Shown: positions 35,078 to 47,920, counted from the first letter of the whole stretch. The stretch: 63,482 nt of DNA, filler included, from Squatina squatina (GCA_031763465.1; 3 parts of 3 records of this genome joined end to end with filler, not necessarily neighbours in it); one strand, 5' to 3'. Program-made: numbers and translations. The notes: generated from the letters alone by a model not told the origin.

Positions 35078-37609
35078 GTAAGTTTTCTTTTTTCTCTCTT
35101 GAACCTGATGTCTCCTAGGGGTTATTTGGCATTGATGACCATGGCATATGGTACTTCTCTGCCCACCTGTTATCCAAGTGAGGTAATTGGATCTGTCAGT
35201 GTCTGCTGTGTGCTATCAGAGTGATGGACTCTGCTGTTTCAACTGGTGCTTCTGCCCTGATCTGTGTCCATCTATTGGCCAATGATTACCATTCAGTGTC
35301 CCCTTTAGGAACTGGCATATTGATTATAGGATCCCTGCCGATTCATAACTTTTAAAGAAAACTTCTAAGGGAGTAATCGCACACNNNNNNNNNNNNNNNN
35401 NNNNNNNNNNNNNNNNNNNNNNNNNNNNNNNNNNNNNNNNNNNNNNNNNNNNNNNNNNNNNNNNNNNNNNNNNNNNNNNNNNNNAAACTGCCTTTCTCTC
35501 TCTCTCTTGTATTGTAACTATAATTACCTTTGGACATCTGCACCCACAAAAATAAATCAAAAACTTTATTTGCATATTGCAGTCTCTGCACAAAGCCCCA
35601 CAAGTGTGCTACAGACATGTGATGAGAAATGAAGGGCAGATTAAGGTTAAGTTGTTTTCATCAGTATGCATCCTGTTTTGCGAATGAGAATTTGTTTAAA
35701 GAGCAGTGCTGCTGCAGTGACTAATTCAGCCGGCAAAAATCGGGGACATCTATAGGAAAGAAATTGGTTTTTTTTAAAAGAAAGATGATTGATGTAATAG
35801 AAATACCCTGGGAAAGAGGGGCATACAGGTAACCTTCCCAACCCCAGGCAGCGTAAAACAAATCTTTTGAATCAAATCTTTGCAAAAACCAGAGTAGTTG
35901 TGCAGATTTTTGCAGACTGCCACAAGGTGAATAATGCCATCAGGTTCCCTTTCTTTAAAGCACATAACAAATAATTATTGGATTCTTGTGTATCTGTTTC
36001 ATCATAGATTTCTTTGAGGGTATTGGAGTGCTGAAGATCTTATCAGATGTACTGACTTGAAAAGGTTAGTAAGCCTGACAGTATGCAGGAGCTGAATCAC
36101 CCTGCACAGTTGAAGCTGAAACCTGCCTTGTTAATGAGTGTATCTATACTGATGTTAATCCAATTCCCTGGCAAATAAGGCTTAGTATTTCCTTGCAGCC
36201 AGAAACCTGTGTCGATGACTGAATATCCACCTGTTAGTTCAATGCTCTTACACAGTTGGGCTCAGTCAATCCTCTAAGTCAGGTAGCCCCCACCCTTGGT
36301 GCACTCATTATCATCAACAGAGGCTACATGTCAGTGATGGCTGGCTTGGGTGATNNNNNNNNNNNNNNNNNNNNNNNNNNNNNNNNNNNNNNNNNNNNNN
36401 NNNNNNNNNNNNNNNNNNNNNNNNNNNNNNNNNNNNNNNNNNNNNNNNNNNNNNTCTCAGCGAGTACATCCGTTCCATTGGAGTGCTGAGATTTGCATCC
36501 ATGGCTCAAATGATGGGTGTGGAAAACTGGTGTGAACTTAACCTTGTTTTTCCCTTGACGGCATCTTCATCCTCCTCCTTGGTAAACATTTCCACTAGAT
36601 ATCAAAAATGGAATCAGAATATATATGGGGAATGACCAGGCCAAAGATACAACATACTGTCAAATATTAGAGTGCTGATGCACCAATGAACTTCCTGATC
36701 CCCTTGCCCCCAGATCACCTGAAGACAATTTGTATTGCATTCCTTCCCATTTTAAGAGCAATTACTTTTTGGACAGTTAGATGGACAGCTCCTGTTTAAT
36801 GAGTTCATTACCTCTGAACACCATGGGCAAACAAAAACTGTTTTTTATGGACCAAGCAAAACACTAAAGTAATTGAAAGTAAACTGCAAAATAATCTTTC
36901 TACTTGGTCATGATTCATTTACAAAAGTCTTCAAGCACAGTAAGGTGTTACTAGGGTGTGAAAATGAACAGGCCTCGTTGGAGGGGATTTTTCAGCATCA
37001 TACTTGAGAAGCCAAGCTCATTTATTAAACCTGAACACAGTAGTATCAGGGCACAAGTCACTCACTGTCAAGTTGGGACAGGGAATATATCTGCATATCT
37101 ATTGGTGCCACTACCTAGGTTCAGCTTGCAAAAGTGATTACAAATGGCTTACTAATAAATTGTGCACAGAATGTTCAGTTGGGTTTAGCTGAAAGGCTTG
37201 TTTAGCCAATAAAACACTTCTTATCAGCTCATGCACTTGATTGTGTTGTTTGAGAAGGTGCTCCATCATTTGTCTTCATTTTCCTTTATCCCCAGTAGGC
37301 TGTATTCACTTCAGATTGAGCAGTAATCTAGCAGTAGCTCCAGAAACAACTATTACTCCTGTTCGGCTCATTTCAGCTGTAATGAGATACATGATTGATC
37401 AATCATCAGTCATCTCTTTCTTGATAAACAGCAGTATTTTTAATCTAGCTGTTTATTGCTCTTCATTATTCTTGGGAATGGCATGTTTTTCCACATTCCT
37501 CATTGAACTCAAGTTGAGGGTCTCCTGGCTTGANNNNNNNNNNATGTTTTTCCACATTCCATTTGCTGAGACCAATTAAAGCATATCAGAGCTACAATGC
37601 TCAACTCTC

Positions 37610-38180
37610 TCTAGAATCATATGAAATTGTACAGCACAGAAAGAAGCTACTCGGCCCATCATGATGTGCTAGTTCTCAGGCTCTCCAGTTAGTACCACTC
37701 CCCCGTTCTTTTCCCATAGTCCTGCAAATGTTTCCTTTTCAAGTATATATCCAATTCCCTTTTGAATGTTACTATCGAATCTGGTTGGACCATACTTTCA
37801 AGCAATGCATTCCAGGTCATAAAATCTCCCTGCATAAAAACAATTCTCATCTCCCTTCTGGTTCTTTTCCCTGAAGTCCTTCATCCCTGATATAATTCTG
37901 ATAAATCTCATCTGCACCCCATCCAAGGTCTTGACATCCTTCCTAAAGTGTGGTGCCCAGAATTGGACACAATACTCCAGCTGAGACCTAACCAGTAATT
38001 TATAAAGGCTTAGCAAAACGTCCTTGCTTTTTAACTTTATGCTTCTATTTATAAAACCACGGACCCCATATGTGTTTTTTTTAACTGCCTCATCAACTTG
38101 TCCTGTCACCTTCAAAGATTTGTGTATGTGAACCCCCAAGTCTCTGTTCCCGCACCCCTTTTAAAATTGTACCACAAAAT
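37610..38180 (-). mobile_element. CR1 3' fragment
   Basis: LYKLLVRSQLEYCVQFWAPHFRKDVKTL. Confidence 0.82.
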
Positions 38181-38381
38181 CTAGCATTACTATTTGTATG
38201 ATGTCTGTATCTTCTAGGCCAATGCTTTACATTTAGTTTGACCATCAGATGCTTTGTGTTCCTGATGTAATACAAGTAGTCACCAAATTCATCCTAAATG
38301 TTAATCATTCTTTCACCACTCCACACTTGAGTGCTACTGTGCTTGAAAACAGCCACAAGTTAAAATATAAACTTAAAAGTA

Positions 38382-38424
38382 TGTGTGTGCATCTGTGTGT
38401 GTGTGTGTGTGTGTGCGTGTGTGT
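38382..38424. repeat. (TG)n microsatellite
   Basis: tgtgtgtgcatctgtgtgtgtgtgtgtgtgtgcgtgtgtgt. Confidence 0.9.
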
Positions 38425-39290
38425 AGATAACATTTCTGTAAAATACTATTACATAGAGACTGAGTGTAACAGATCCTCTTAAAGTGAAAATCTCATTTGT
38501 GACTAACCTGCTGATCAGTCAGTGGGTTCACCCATACCTTTGGTTGAACTGCCACATTATAACTCAACCATATGGAATTTCATATTGTACATATTACTGA
38601 ATGAAGAGTGTTTAGTGACTCAATGAACAACATTAAACAATGACTGCATACAGCCACATTCAGCTGAAGAGGGGAAGAATAAGTGCACTGCAACACCTCA
38701 CCCAAATTTGCTGTCAAATAATGTCTAATCATTATTGAGATTTCTTATGGGCAATTTGTTTCATTGAAATCTTTTTGGACATAGCTGGGAAAACTATTTA
38801 CTGTTTCTGAATTTTCCATCTTTTCTTCCATTTACAGAGGTGAAAGTTTTTATTGAAATCAGTTGCATTGCCCTGTTTACCCACAAATTGTGATATAAAG
38901 CTTTACATGAAATGTGATAAATGTATTGATGTTAGAATCATTACAGTAATGTAATGAAGTATACATTTAAAAAAAAAAAGCACTGAAAATATGTCATAAA
39001 ATGCAACCCAGGGTCAGGATTTACAATGGCCCAAGTATTTGTGAATCATCTAACCCTGCCCTGATTTATTATCAACTGAGGTCTTTATTTTTGACTTTGC
39101 TAATAATATAACAANNNNNNNNNNNNNNNNNNNNNNNNNNNNNNNNNNNNNNNNNNNNNNNNNNNNNNNNNNNNNNNNNNNNNNNNNNNNNNNNNNNNNN
39201 NNNNNNNNNNNNNNGTGTTGAATGGCGGTGCAGGCTCGAAGGGCCGAATGGCCTACTCCTGCACCTATTTTCTATGTTTCTATGTTTCTA

Positions 39291-40440
39291 GCCACTCTTC
39301 ACACTCACCCTCATTCTAATGCAATCACACCAACTAACAACATGCAAGGAGCCCACTTGGCATTGCCACCCAATCCATCATAGTCTCCCTCTAAAGATCA
39401 AACTCATCCATTCCTTACACTCATTCCATCACTCTCACTCAACCTTCTCTTCTTTCCCTCCTTGCAGGAGAAGAGACCCCACAATAAGAGGGAGAGGGAG
39501 AGAACTGAAGGTGGGCCTCCATCATTTGCGACCCTCACAACAGCAGAGGAGGCTGTGTTGGAAGTATCGAGAGTGGCCGACGGAGAGAGGGGGGACATCT
39601 CAGCAACCTGGTGACAGAATTAAATATCATACAACTACATGGAATACATCAGCCACTCATATGGAGACTGATGTCATCAGCCACTGAATGGTTATCATGT
39701 GTATAATGGTATCTGTACCCATTCTTCATATGGTATATCTAACTCCTCTCTTTACTGTCCCATGGGTCCATCAAGAGCCTGTCCACAACTCCTCAGAAGG
39801 AGCCTCCAGCCTCTTGGGGCACAGCATCACCAGATATGAGCGCAGCCAGCATCCTGTAGAGACACACACCTTAGTGGATCCCACTCAAAATAGAGTAGTG
39901 TTGTCAACGAGTTCGTCACCAGTCACAAGTGAGCAACAGCAGATGGTGGAGACTGGGACAGCAGTGGAGACTCCTCACTAGAGGGTGCAGGATGCTCACA
40001 GCTAAGCTCAGCTGCAAGCAGACCCTGAGTTTAGGGGGCCATCAAGAAAGAGGCCAATCCTGGAGGTGCAGCAAGAAGTGCAGGAGGCTTTGACTGGTTT
40101 TGCAAGTGCGATGTCTGCAAATGTTCAGAGAATGGCGGAGTCCATCTCAAACATGAGCACCACTGTGTCACAGATGATGTGTGTAGGCATATTCCATGGA
40201 TAGGATGGCCACCTGCATGGAGTAGCTAATGCACCACTCACAGGAGCACATGCTATCTATGGAGAATGGATGGCAGGGGCTCATAGATCTCCTGTCAGCA
40301 TAGACATGGATTCTCATGGCCCCACTGTTGTGCAGCAAGGTGCTCTCCAGCTCCTTGCTAGCAGGGAAGTACGGGTGGCCCATGAAAAGGATGACGGTGA
40401 GTGGGGAGAGGAAAGTCAATGGGGAAAAAAATTCTGCGCT
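39291..40440 (+). pseudogene. Decayed Harbinger/PIF accessory (Myb/SANT-trihelix) gene with exon-intron remnants
   Basis: Acceptor ctccttgcag at 39467, then EKRPHNKRERERTEGGPPSFATLTTAEEAVLE, the post-SANT RERxxTGGGPP..LT..EE motif. Donor near 39611; a low-complexity coding-like tract with stops follows. Confidence 0.6.
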
Positions 40441-40762
40441 GCAGGGGTTAACCAATTTCACTGCCCACCACCCCCCAACATTAGAGTTCTCAGATATATA
40501 TTTAATATTCATGGGGAAAGATAGAGAGGTGATGGGAGAGAAAGATGCCAAGGCAAATGTAAGAGAAGTTCACAGGATAGGGAGAGAAAATCTGAGGATG
40601 ACTGATCCCAGGAGAGGCCATTCATTTGCTTATCTTCTTGTCTCTCATTGGCAGAGACTGAGGAACAGGTTGATCTGCTTTCTCAGCCATGTTTTGGCAA
40701 AGATCCCAATAAGGAAGAAATACATTTTTTTTTCTTCCCCCACCCCTTTTCTTGCATCCCAG

Positions 40763-40957
40763 GTTTGCCAATATTTACTTCTTGTTCCTGGCTGTTCTGA
40801 ACTGGTTACCATCCATTGAAGTTTTTCATAAAGAGATCACCATGTTGCCCTTGGTCGTTGTCATGTCCATCACTGCAATTAAAGATGGGATTGAAGACTA
40901 CAAGCGATACAGATTTGATAAAAAGATAAACCAAGCCAGGACACAGGTATTTGATTG
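40763..40957 (+). CDS. ATP10B: P4-ATPase phospholipid flippase ATP10B, TM1-TM2 exon
   Basis: Acceptor ccttttcttgcatcccag and donor TG|gtaagt; 195 nt, phase 2-2. Encodes RFANIYFLFLAVLNWLPSIEVFHKEITMLPLVVVMSITAIKDGIEDYKRYRFDKKIN. PSxEVFHxEITMLP and RFDK favour ATP10B over ATP10A and ATP10D. Confidence 0.92.
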
Positions 40958-42795
40958 GTAAGTCATTTGTGAACAATTACAAGAAAAGTCTCTGGTTTTG
41001 TAGAAGATGTTTATAAGACACAATCTGTTGGTACTTTGCACTACACATTGAAGAGTGGCAGAATGTGGGTTAATAGTTGGCTGTTCTATGTCTCCAGCCT
41101 AGGGGCTGGGGGTCTAGGTGCGGGTGTGGTGGATTGTAAGCAGGCAGGAAGGAATTCAACCAGGTCACTGCTTCTGATTGCTGTTTTGTGAGCCCTGCTG
41201 GAGAATACATATATATGAATATTTGCCTGGTGAGGATAAGTTTAGGTTCAACTGTAATGCCCTCCAAGGAAGAAAAGACTGCTGCCATTCATTGTTTAGG
41301 CTGATGCATGGAGAATGACCACTTGAGTAAAGTGCCAAATGGCTCCTAGGGCAAATGGAACTCTACCCAAACATTAAGGGAAAAAAGGTAATTTGGAAGA
41401 AAAGGTATTTATAAATAAGGATTTGTGATGTCCCCCTCCCTGCTGCAGAAGAACCAATCAGACCTAGAAGGATACCAAACTAATGTTTCTGAAAAAGCGT
41501 GATTGCTACACCTGATCAGAATACTACATATTAATATTCAGTTTATCAAGGTATTTCTGGCCTGTAAGAGAGAGAGATTCCTGTATTCAAACAGCTGGAA
41601 ACTATAAAAGAATTATAATAATATAATATACAATATTACTCATTTGTGATTAAATCAACATATTGAAGTTTGAATGGTGTTTGGTTTAATGTTAATAATG
41701 TTAAAAGTATCTTAATTTAGCAGACTGTTAAGAAAATAACCTTTTTAATTAAGTTTTCATTAAACGGAATAATTTTTTCATCCTGTCACGGCTGCTATTT
41801 TCATTGCGGTGATTATAGGAGGTAGACATGTGTTCTTGCCCAAGTGCTGTTGACTCCCATTTTCTGGTCAACACATGGCATGGGAGATACTTAATGGAGC
41901 CTATTAACTCTGTGTCTAAGAAAGCTAGATTATTCTTTATAAAGAGCTGATGGTTTTGTTGCACATAATTCACCTGAGGAAATCTTCCCCCAATATATGG
42001 CTGTCCGTGAATCTAACAGTCAGGCCCACCCACTTGACCTATTTCTAGCTGTTGGATTGCCAATGCCATTGTAACCCCTCCCACCACTTTTAATATCCTT
42101 GGTAGTATAGTGGCTGGGCCTAGAGTCTTGGACCTTGTACAGTCTGAGCAAATTTCCTACAAATAATCAGCTAATATATATTTCTTTCTTTCAAAAAAAA
42201 ACAGCCATTTAGAATTTAGAACAAGACTCATTCACCAACATAAGATGCTTTTTAAAACCTAGAAGTGCCTTGGGATGTATTTACTACATTACTATGTAAA
42301 TGCAAGTTGTTGATGATGTCAGAATGACTGTAACATGTGACTTTTTTTAAAAAGAAAAAGGCCTCAGCAAAAGCCTTTTCTTAAAAAAAAAAAGCCGAAC
42401 ATTTCATTCTAGCAATTAAACACTGACCTCAACCAGCACACCTCACAATACTTAACAACTCGACTATGCAACCTTAAAATGGCATGGCTTCAGCTGATCA
42501 GAAGGATAATATATTGTGCGTTAATCCTGTCTTTATGAAACAGAATATTCTCTGACTTACTGTGAGCCTTACCATTGACAATCCATTAGGTATAGTCATC
42601 TAGTGTACATCCACCACACTTGGAAAAAATACATATAAAAAACAAGTTACTGCTTTTAACAACATAAATGAGGTTTCTGCCAAAGTTATGCCAGCAGAGC
42701 AGGATTAGCTCCCAGGAAATCCCTGGAACTGGTTTCCTCCCACTGGCAAGAAACAAGGAAGCAGCTGCCAATCTGCAGAATTTTTTCTGAACAAT

Positions 42796-42894
42796 TAAGC
42801 TGATAAATTGGCCTTCTTAGCACCTCCTGTTATCGCCTCTGGGGGGCGATATCGGGGCCCTAATCGGGAGAAGATCGACTCCGCCATATTCCGC
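42796..42894. mobile_element. End of a GC-rich TIR element (same family as 1752-2396)
   Basis: aaattggccttcttagcacctcctgttatcgcctctggggggcgatatcgggg; truncated by a gap. Confidence 0.5.
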
Positions 42895-44246
42895 NNNNNN
42901 NNNNNNNNNNNNNNNNNNNNNNNNNNNNNNNNNNNNNNNNNNNNNNNNNNNNNNNNNNNNNNNNNNNNNNNNNNNNNNNNNNNNNNNNNNNNNNACAAGT
43001 ATTTATGCAATTCTCTTTTGAATGTTACTATTGAATTTGCTTCCACCACCCTTTCAGGCAGTGCATTCCAGATCACTGGAACTGTCGGGAGGGGACAGCA
43101 GAATGTGAGAGATTCCGTGTCACTGATCTGTGATGACACCACATTAAAGGCTTAATGATTGTATGGTCGTTCCTGAAACAATATTGATTGGTACTCAGCA
43201 GATGATAACCAAGGAACAGCCCAGTCAGCGTATACTGCACTGCCAAACCATAAACTGCTTGTGGTTTGTGATATTAAAAAACATCACATCTTTGAATACA
43301 AAATGCTAGAAGCAATTCATTAGTTCTGATGTATGTGTTCAATAACCCAGCTCATTGTATGCCAGTTAACCTAATAGCCCACTAATCTATACCATTAATT
43401 TGATGGATATTCTGCAGTTGACAGCTATTCTTGGTACTCTTTATTTTCTCCTCTTCTATGTCTCCCTATCCCAGAGACCAGCAACTGATCTGATCCAAGT
43501 TTTCCACATACTTGAAAATCTATCTGCTTTTTTCCTTCATTTCACATTTTTAATCGGAAAGTGAAGGACCTAGTTTTCTGCAAAAGTAAATCCAAAGCAG
43601 TTTGAAGAGGGCGCATTCTTGTTCAGGCAAACAGAAAGAAACAGAGGGAAACAGAGATGGTGATTTTACAGCAAAATAATAAAGATTTGGATCAAAAATC
43701 TATGCAAAACAAATGCAACAAAACCTATCTGATCCAAACTGAACAGGGACAAGAGTGAANNNNNNNNNNNNNNNNNNNNNNNNNNNNNNNNNNNNNNNNN
43801 NNNNNNNNNNNNNNNNNNNNNNNNNNNNNNNNNNNNNNNNNNNNNNNNNNNNNNNNNNNGTGATTGTTAGATGTTAAGCTTGTCAGCACCTGCTGGGGAA
43901 ATGGCACTGTGCCATGATAGGAGAAGCACGTGTAAGAAAGCATGAGTATGGTACTGCAGTAGAATAAAATTATATAAGAGAAGTGAGCAGTGTGTCTGTG
44001 TGACATTTATAGAAATGAGCTTCACTGCAAACACAAGTTACTCCCTCATTTTCAATGATCAAGCTATTGCAAATGTGGCTAATGAAAGTCTGCAAAATGC
44101 AGTTATGTTAGAATGTAACTGAGTGAAGCAAGTAATCAAGTTGTACTGAGTAAATAAACACAGGGTCTAGCCTCAGGTCCCAATGATTCAATTAATAATC
44201 AAAAGGAAGTGCTGTTCATGTTTTTTATTTTGTGCTTATGTCTTAG

Positions 44247-44432
44247 GAGAAAGATATCAGTCCTGATGAAGTCTTGTTGAAGAGAATTCGAGATGCTGTT
44301 GTCCATATGGACTCGTTGACTCAACTCAACGCTGGTATTGGGTTGGAAAGTGCATGCATCATAGATTTCTTTCTGGCTTTAGCATTGTGTAACACAGTTG
44401 TGGTTTCCACAGCAACACAACCAAGGCAACGA
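44247..44432 (+). CDS. ATP10B: ATP10B N-domain exon
   Basis: Acceptor gcttatgtcttag and donor CGA|gtaagt; 186 nt, phase 0-0. Encodes EKDISPDEVLLKRIRDA...IIDFFLALALCNTVVVSTATQPRQR, versus recalled human EKDVTPDKNLLTKVRDA...[25 protein letters not shown]. Confidence 0.92.
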
Positions 44433-45634
44433 GTAAGTCGATGCTATTTTGGATAATTTGTCCAAATTTATTCTATAGTCATGTATAGCAGGAGGAAAAA
44501 GATATGAGGTTTACTAGTTTCTGTGGACACTCCAGTGAAATAACCTGAATATTCTGTTAAAGATTGAAGATTGGATCAAGTTCAGTGATGCACATCCCAG
44601 CATAAAATATACTGAGTACATTATACCTCCAGAACAGGCAATACAATTAAACCTAATGTCATTATAGATTGAATCACAGGGACAAATAGCACCTCATTTT
44701 GAGTCACTTGATTATGTTCTGGAAGCCTGCACTCACCACTGCTCTCAAAAAAAAAGAGTAAAATTAACCTTTTTTTCCAACTTTAATTTCAACTTTTTTT
44801 TAATGTGGAAACACAGACTGAAGTGCATTTCAAGGGCATTAGAGATCTTGGTTTAGAGCACGTCATTAATGGTTCAAGCTTCCCTTTTGCAGTTTGACAT
44901 CTGACTTCTCTGTCACCAGTTTGTGATGTACTCTGAATTTTGCAGTACCTTTGAAATACTACCTAAATATTTGATCACTATAGAGTAAATTTTCTGCTGC
45001 TTGCACTGGTCAGAAACTTTTAGACTTTTCCCTGGTCTGTGTCTGAATCTCAGTGCTCATTTTTTCCCCTAGCCAGCTGCACTGGTCACATGTGGCTTGC
45101 TTGAACTGCGTTAAGGGTTAGAAATCATGTAAATTGAGATCAAGGCTTCCTCTCCTGCAGTTTGCCTGAAAAATGTAAAAGCATCCTTAGAGAGCTGTAT
45201 AAAACTAGGCACATTTTCAAACTCCCTTTCTGGCTTTTCAGAGCGAGCTTCATAAAGTGCTGAATTCTGACTGAATATGACCTATTATTCTTTTTAGCTT
45301 TGTGTTGTTTTTGTGGTAAGTTTGGTGTACTTTTTCCCAATTAGAATTTACGTGTTTCAGTTTATTTTACTCTTTCCTCACCCCCTACCACTGAAGGAAA
45401 CTCGACTCTCAATTTATTCATCCTTCGGATGGGCATTCCTTTGGGAATTTCTCTTAGTGAGCTAGTTGATAACTTCCACAGGAATGCACAGAGTTAGCTG
45501 TGCTTCAGCAGAAGGAGTCTGTTGTTACCCAAGGAGGCAGCTCTATAGACCCAGGCAGTGCCACTATGCCATGTCGAAGGAGGTCTGCTGTCTCTGAACT
45601 AGGGAGGCAGTTTGGAATTTTGCTGTCTCCTGCG

Positions 45635-45734
45635 NNNNNNNNNNNNNNNNNNNNNNNNNNNNNNNNNNNNNNNNNNNNTTAATTAATTAANNNNNNNNNN
45701 NNNNNNNNNNNNNNNNNNNNNNNNNNNNNNNNNN
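45635..45734. other. Artificial assembly linker
   Basis: 44 N + TTAATTAATTAA (45679-45690) + 44 N. Confidence 0.95.
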
Positions 45735-46303
45735 AACAGTAGCGCCTGAGCTGCTGTGCCAGCGATGATGACATCATCACCATGCGGAGCGGCCCATTTT
45801 CACCCTGGAGTGAAAGTTCGGTAGTGCCCAGTAAATCTGCTGTGGGCGAAGCCCGTGACAGACTTGTGGGGTGCATACCAGGCTTAGGCCATGCGCTGGG
45901 TGAAAATTAAAGGGGACGTGCGACGCTGAAAATTTTAAAATTGGCCGACTTACTGTTCATGCCGCGAAGTTGCAGCCCGACACTCCGCTTGTGTGCTGGG
46001 CTGCTGCCATGACATCCTGCTCCTTCCACCTCCTGCAGAATTTGCAGCTTGGCCCTCCCCTTTAGTGGAAGGAGAGGGCCCTGTCTTCCCGCCAGTGCTA
46101 CGCACCACTCCTCGTAACGCTGGAAAACTTGTATCCCGTTGCCCCCCCAGTCCCGCCTCCGACAGGAACTGCAGCGTGAGATTTTGCGCTGCAGTTCCTG
46201 CCTTGCGCTGGAGTTCCTGTCGGGGGCGGTGAGCCCAATATAGCTCGCGGGGCGGGACTTCGGCGCCTGACTTCTGTTACTGCCCCCAAGCAAATTTTCA
46301 GCT
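45735..46303. mobile_element. CpG-rich TIR element, right portion
   Basis: Shares tgatgacatcatc with 57324-57672 and ends in caaattttcagc. Confidence 0.45.
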
Positions 46304-47072
46304 GCTGGTGCATAAACCCATCAAGAAACACGAATCTTTCTGAGGCAATTTACAGGAGCGGATGTGGAGGCATTCTTTGTACTCAACCAAGAAAATAACT
46401 AATGGACCTTAATAATGAAGTAAGTGAACTGTGAGCTTAACATATTAGAAGCAGTAACTGGCACACGCATGAAAATGACAAGCCCAGTCAGCTGAATGAG
46501 TATCTCTTGATTCTACTTTCTTATGACTAAGATTCATGGTCGACTGAAGAACTCAGGTTTTCCTTGACTTGGATGATTCTTTCACTTTAACCTTTGGAGC
46601 TTGTGTTTGATATCAGATCCAAGATTGTGTCCTTTTCAGTTGGGTAGTTTCCATCTGCTCTGTCACTGTAATGGTGGAGCCTCCAATAACTCATGGATTT
46701 TGCTTTCCCATTTTGTATATTGGACATGAATGGCTGATTGATGATCCGCACACATGGAGTCACAGTTAAGTAGGCGCGCTGGCAAAGAAAAAAAAGAGGC
46801 TTTTCATGAAATAGCATTTTAATTTTTTAAACAGCTCTCTTCCATTGCTGCCTGCATCTAACTGGATTAGCCCTCGGATCTGTTGTAACAAAACGGCTGT
46901 TAAGGGGACTCCATTAACTCTGTCATCTTATTTTCGGTTACATCCCACACAGCGCAATTTCAAAAATTGGCTTGCTTTCAATGCCAATGGTTTGAAATCA
47001 TGCAACACTCAATGCACAACAATGAGCACTAGCTCTCAGCTATTGAACCGTCGCCTGTAGCTTGCACTTTGC

Positions 47073-47087
47073 TCAGCAGGTGGCGAC
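47073..47087 (+). promoter_or_regulatory. CTCF-like motif
   Basis: tcagcaggtggcgac resembles the CTCF core (CCASYAGRKGGCRS) and sits in non-repetitive DNA. Confidence 0.3.
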
Positions 47088-47289
47088 ATTTTGCAGTCCA
47101 CCAGGCACGTCTATTCGATTAACATGCTCAGTCTTTTCTTTAACATGTTTTTTTCTCCCCCCCCCTGTGTACACCCCATCGCGACGTAATGTGCTTCGTA
47201 ATGTTGCCATTACCACCACTGATTGCCTTGCATCATCTCTTGATCTCTTCTGCCTTCCACACAATTGCACAATGATCTTATCCTTTGTT

Positions 47290-47394
47290 CTCCCAACTTC
47301 CCCACCCCCCCCCCTTTCCCTGCCAGTGCTTTAAAACTTCCTGTATTTCTGGCTTTTTTCACTTCTGACAAAGGGTCATCGACCCGAAATGTTA
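47290..47394 (+). ncRNA. Penelope-type terminal repeat with a degenerate minimal hammerhead ribozyme (47365-47394)
   Basis: CTGACAA-A-GGGTC-atc-GACCC-GAAAT-GTTA fits CUGAnGA / stem II / GAAAC with two CpG-type transitions. Confidence 0.55.
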
Positions 47395-47494
47395 NNNNNN
47401 NNNNNNNNNNNNNNNNNNNNNNNNNNNNNNNNNNNNNNNNNNNNNNNNNNNNNNNNNNNNNNNNNNNNNNNNNNNNNNNNNNNNNNNNNNNNNN

Positions 47495-47920
47495 GATCAG
47501 TATAGGTCAGCGAGCACAGGTGATGTGTGAATGGAATTTGGTGCGAGTTAGGATACAGGCAGCAGAGCTTTGGATGACCTCAAGTTTATGGAGGGTAGAC
47601 TGTGGAAGGCCGACCAGAAGTGCATTGGAATAGTCAAGTGTAGAGGTAACAAAGGCATGAACGAGGGTTTCAGCAACAGATGAGCTGAGGCAGGGGTGGA
47701 GTCGGACGATTATTAGAGGTGCAAATAAGCGTTCTTAGCGGATATGTGGTCGGAAGCTCATCTCGGGGTCAAAATGACAGAGTTGTGAACAGTCTGGTTC
47801 AGCCTCATGCAGTTGCCAGGGAGAGGGGTGAAGTTGGTGGATGGGGAATGGAGTTTGAGGCGGGGACAAAAGACAATGGCTTCGCTCTTCCCAATAGTTA
47901 GTCGGAGGAAATTCACTCAC
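47495..47920 (-). mobile_element. L2 LINE RT C-terminal fragment
   Basis: FDPEMSFRPHIR..SSSVAETLVHAFVTSTLDYSNALLVGL..KLEVIQSSAA on the minus strand. Confidence 0.85.

Noticed and set aside
26582-44432. NKPD1-ATP10B divergent gene pair or synteny
   Set aside because: An artificial TTAATTAATTAA linker separates them.
45735-46303. CpG-island promoter and the overlapping 77-128 aa ORFs
   Set aside because: It shares motifs and end structure with dispersed TIR elements. The ORFs arise from high GC content and show no homology.
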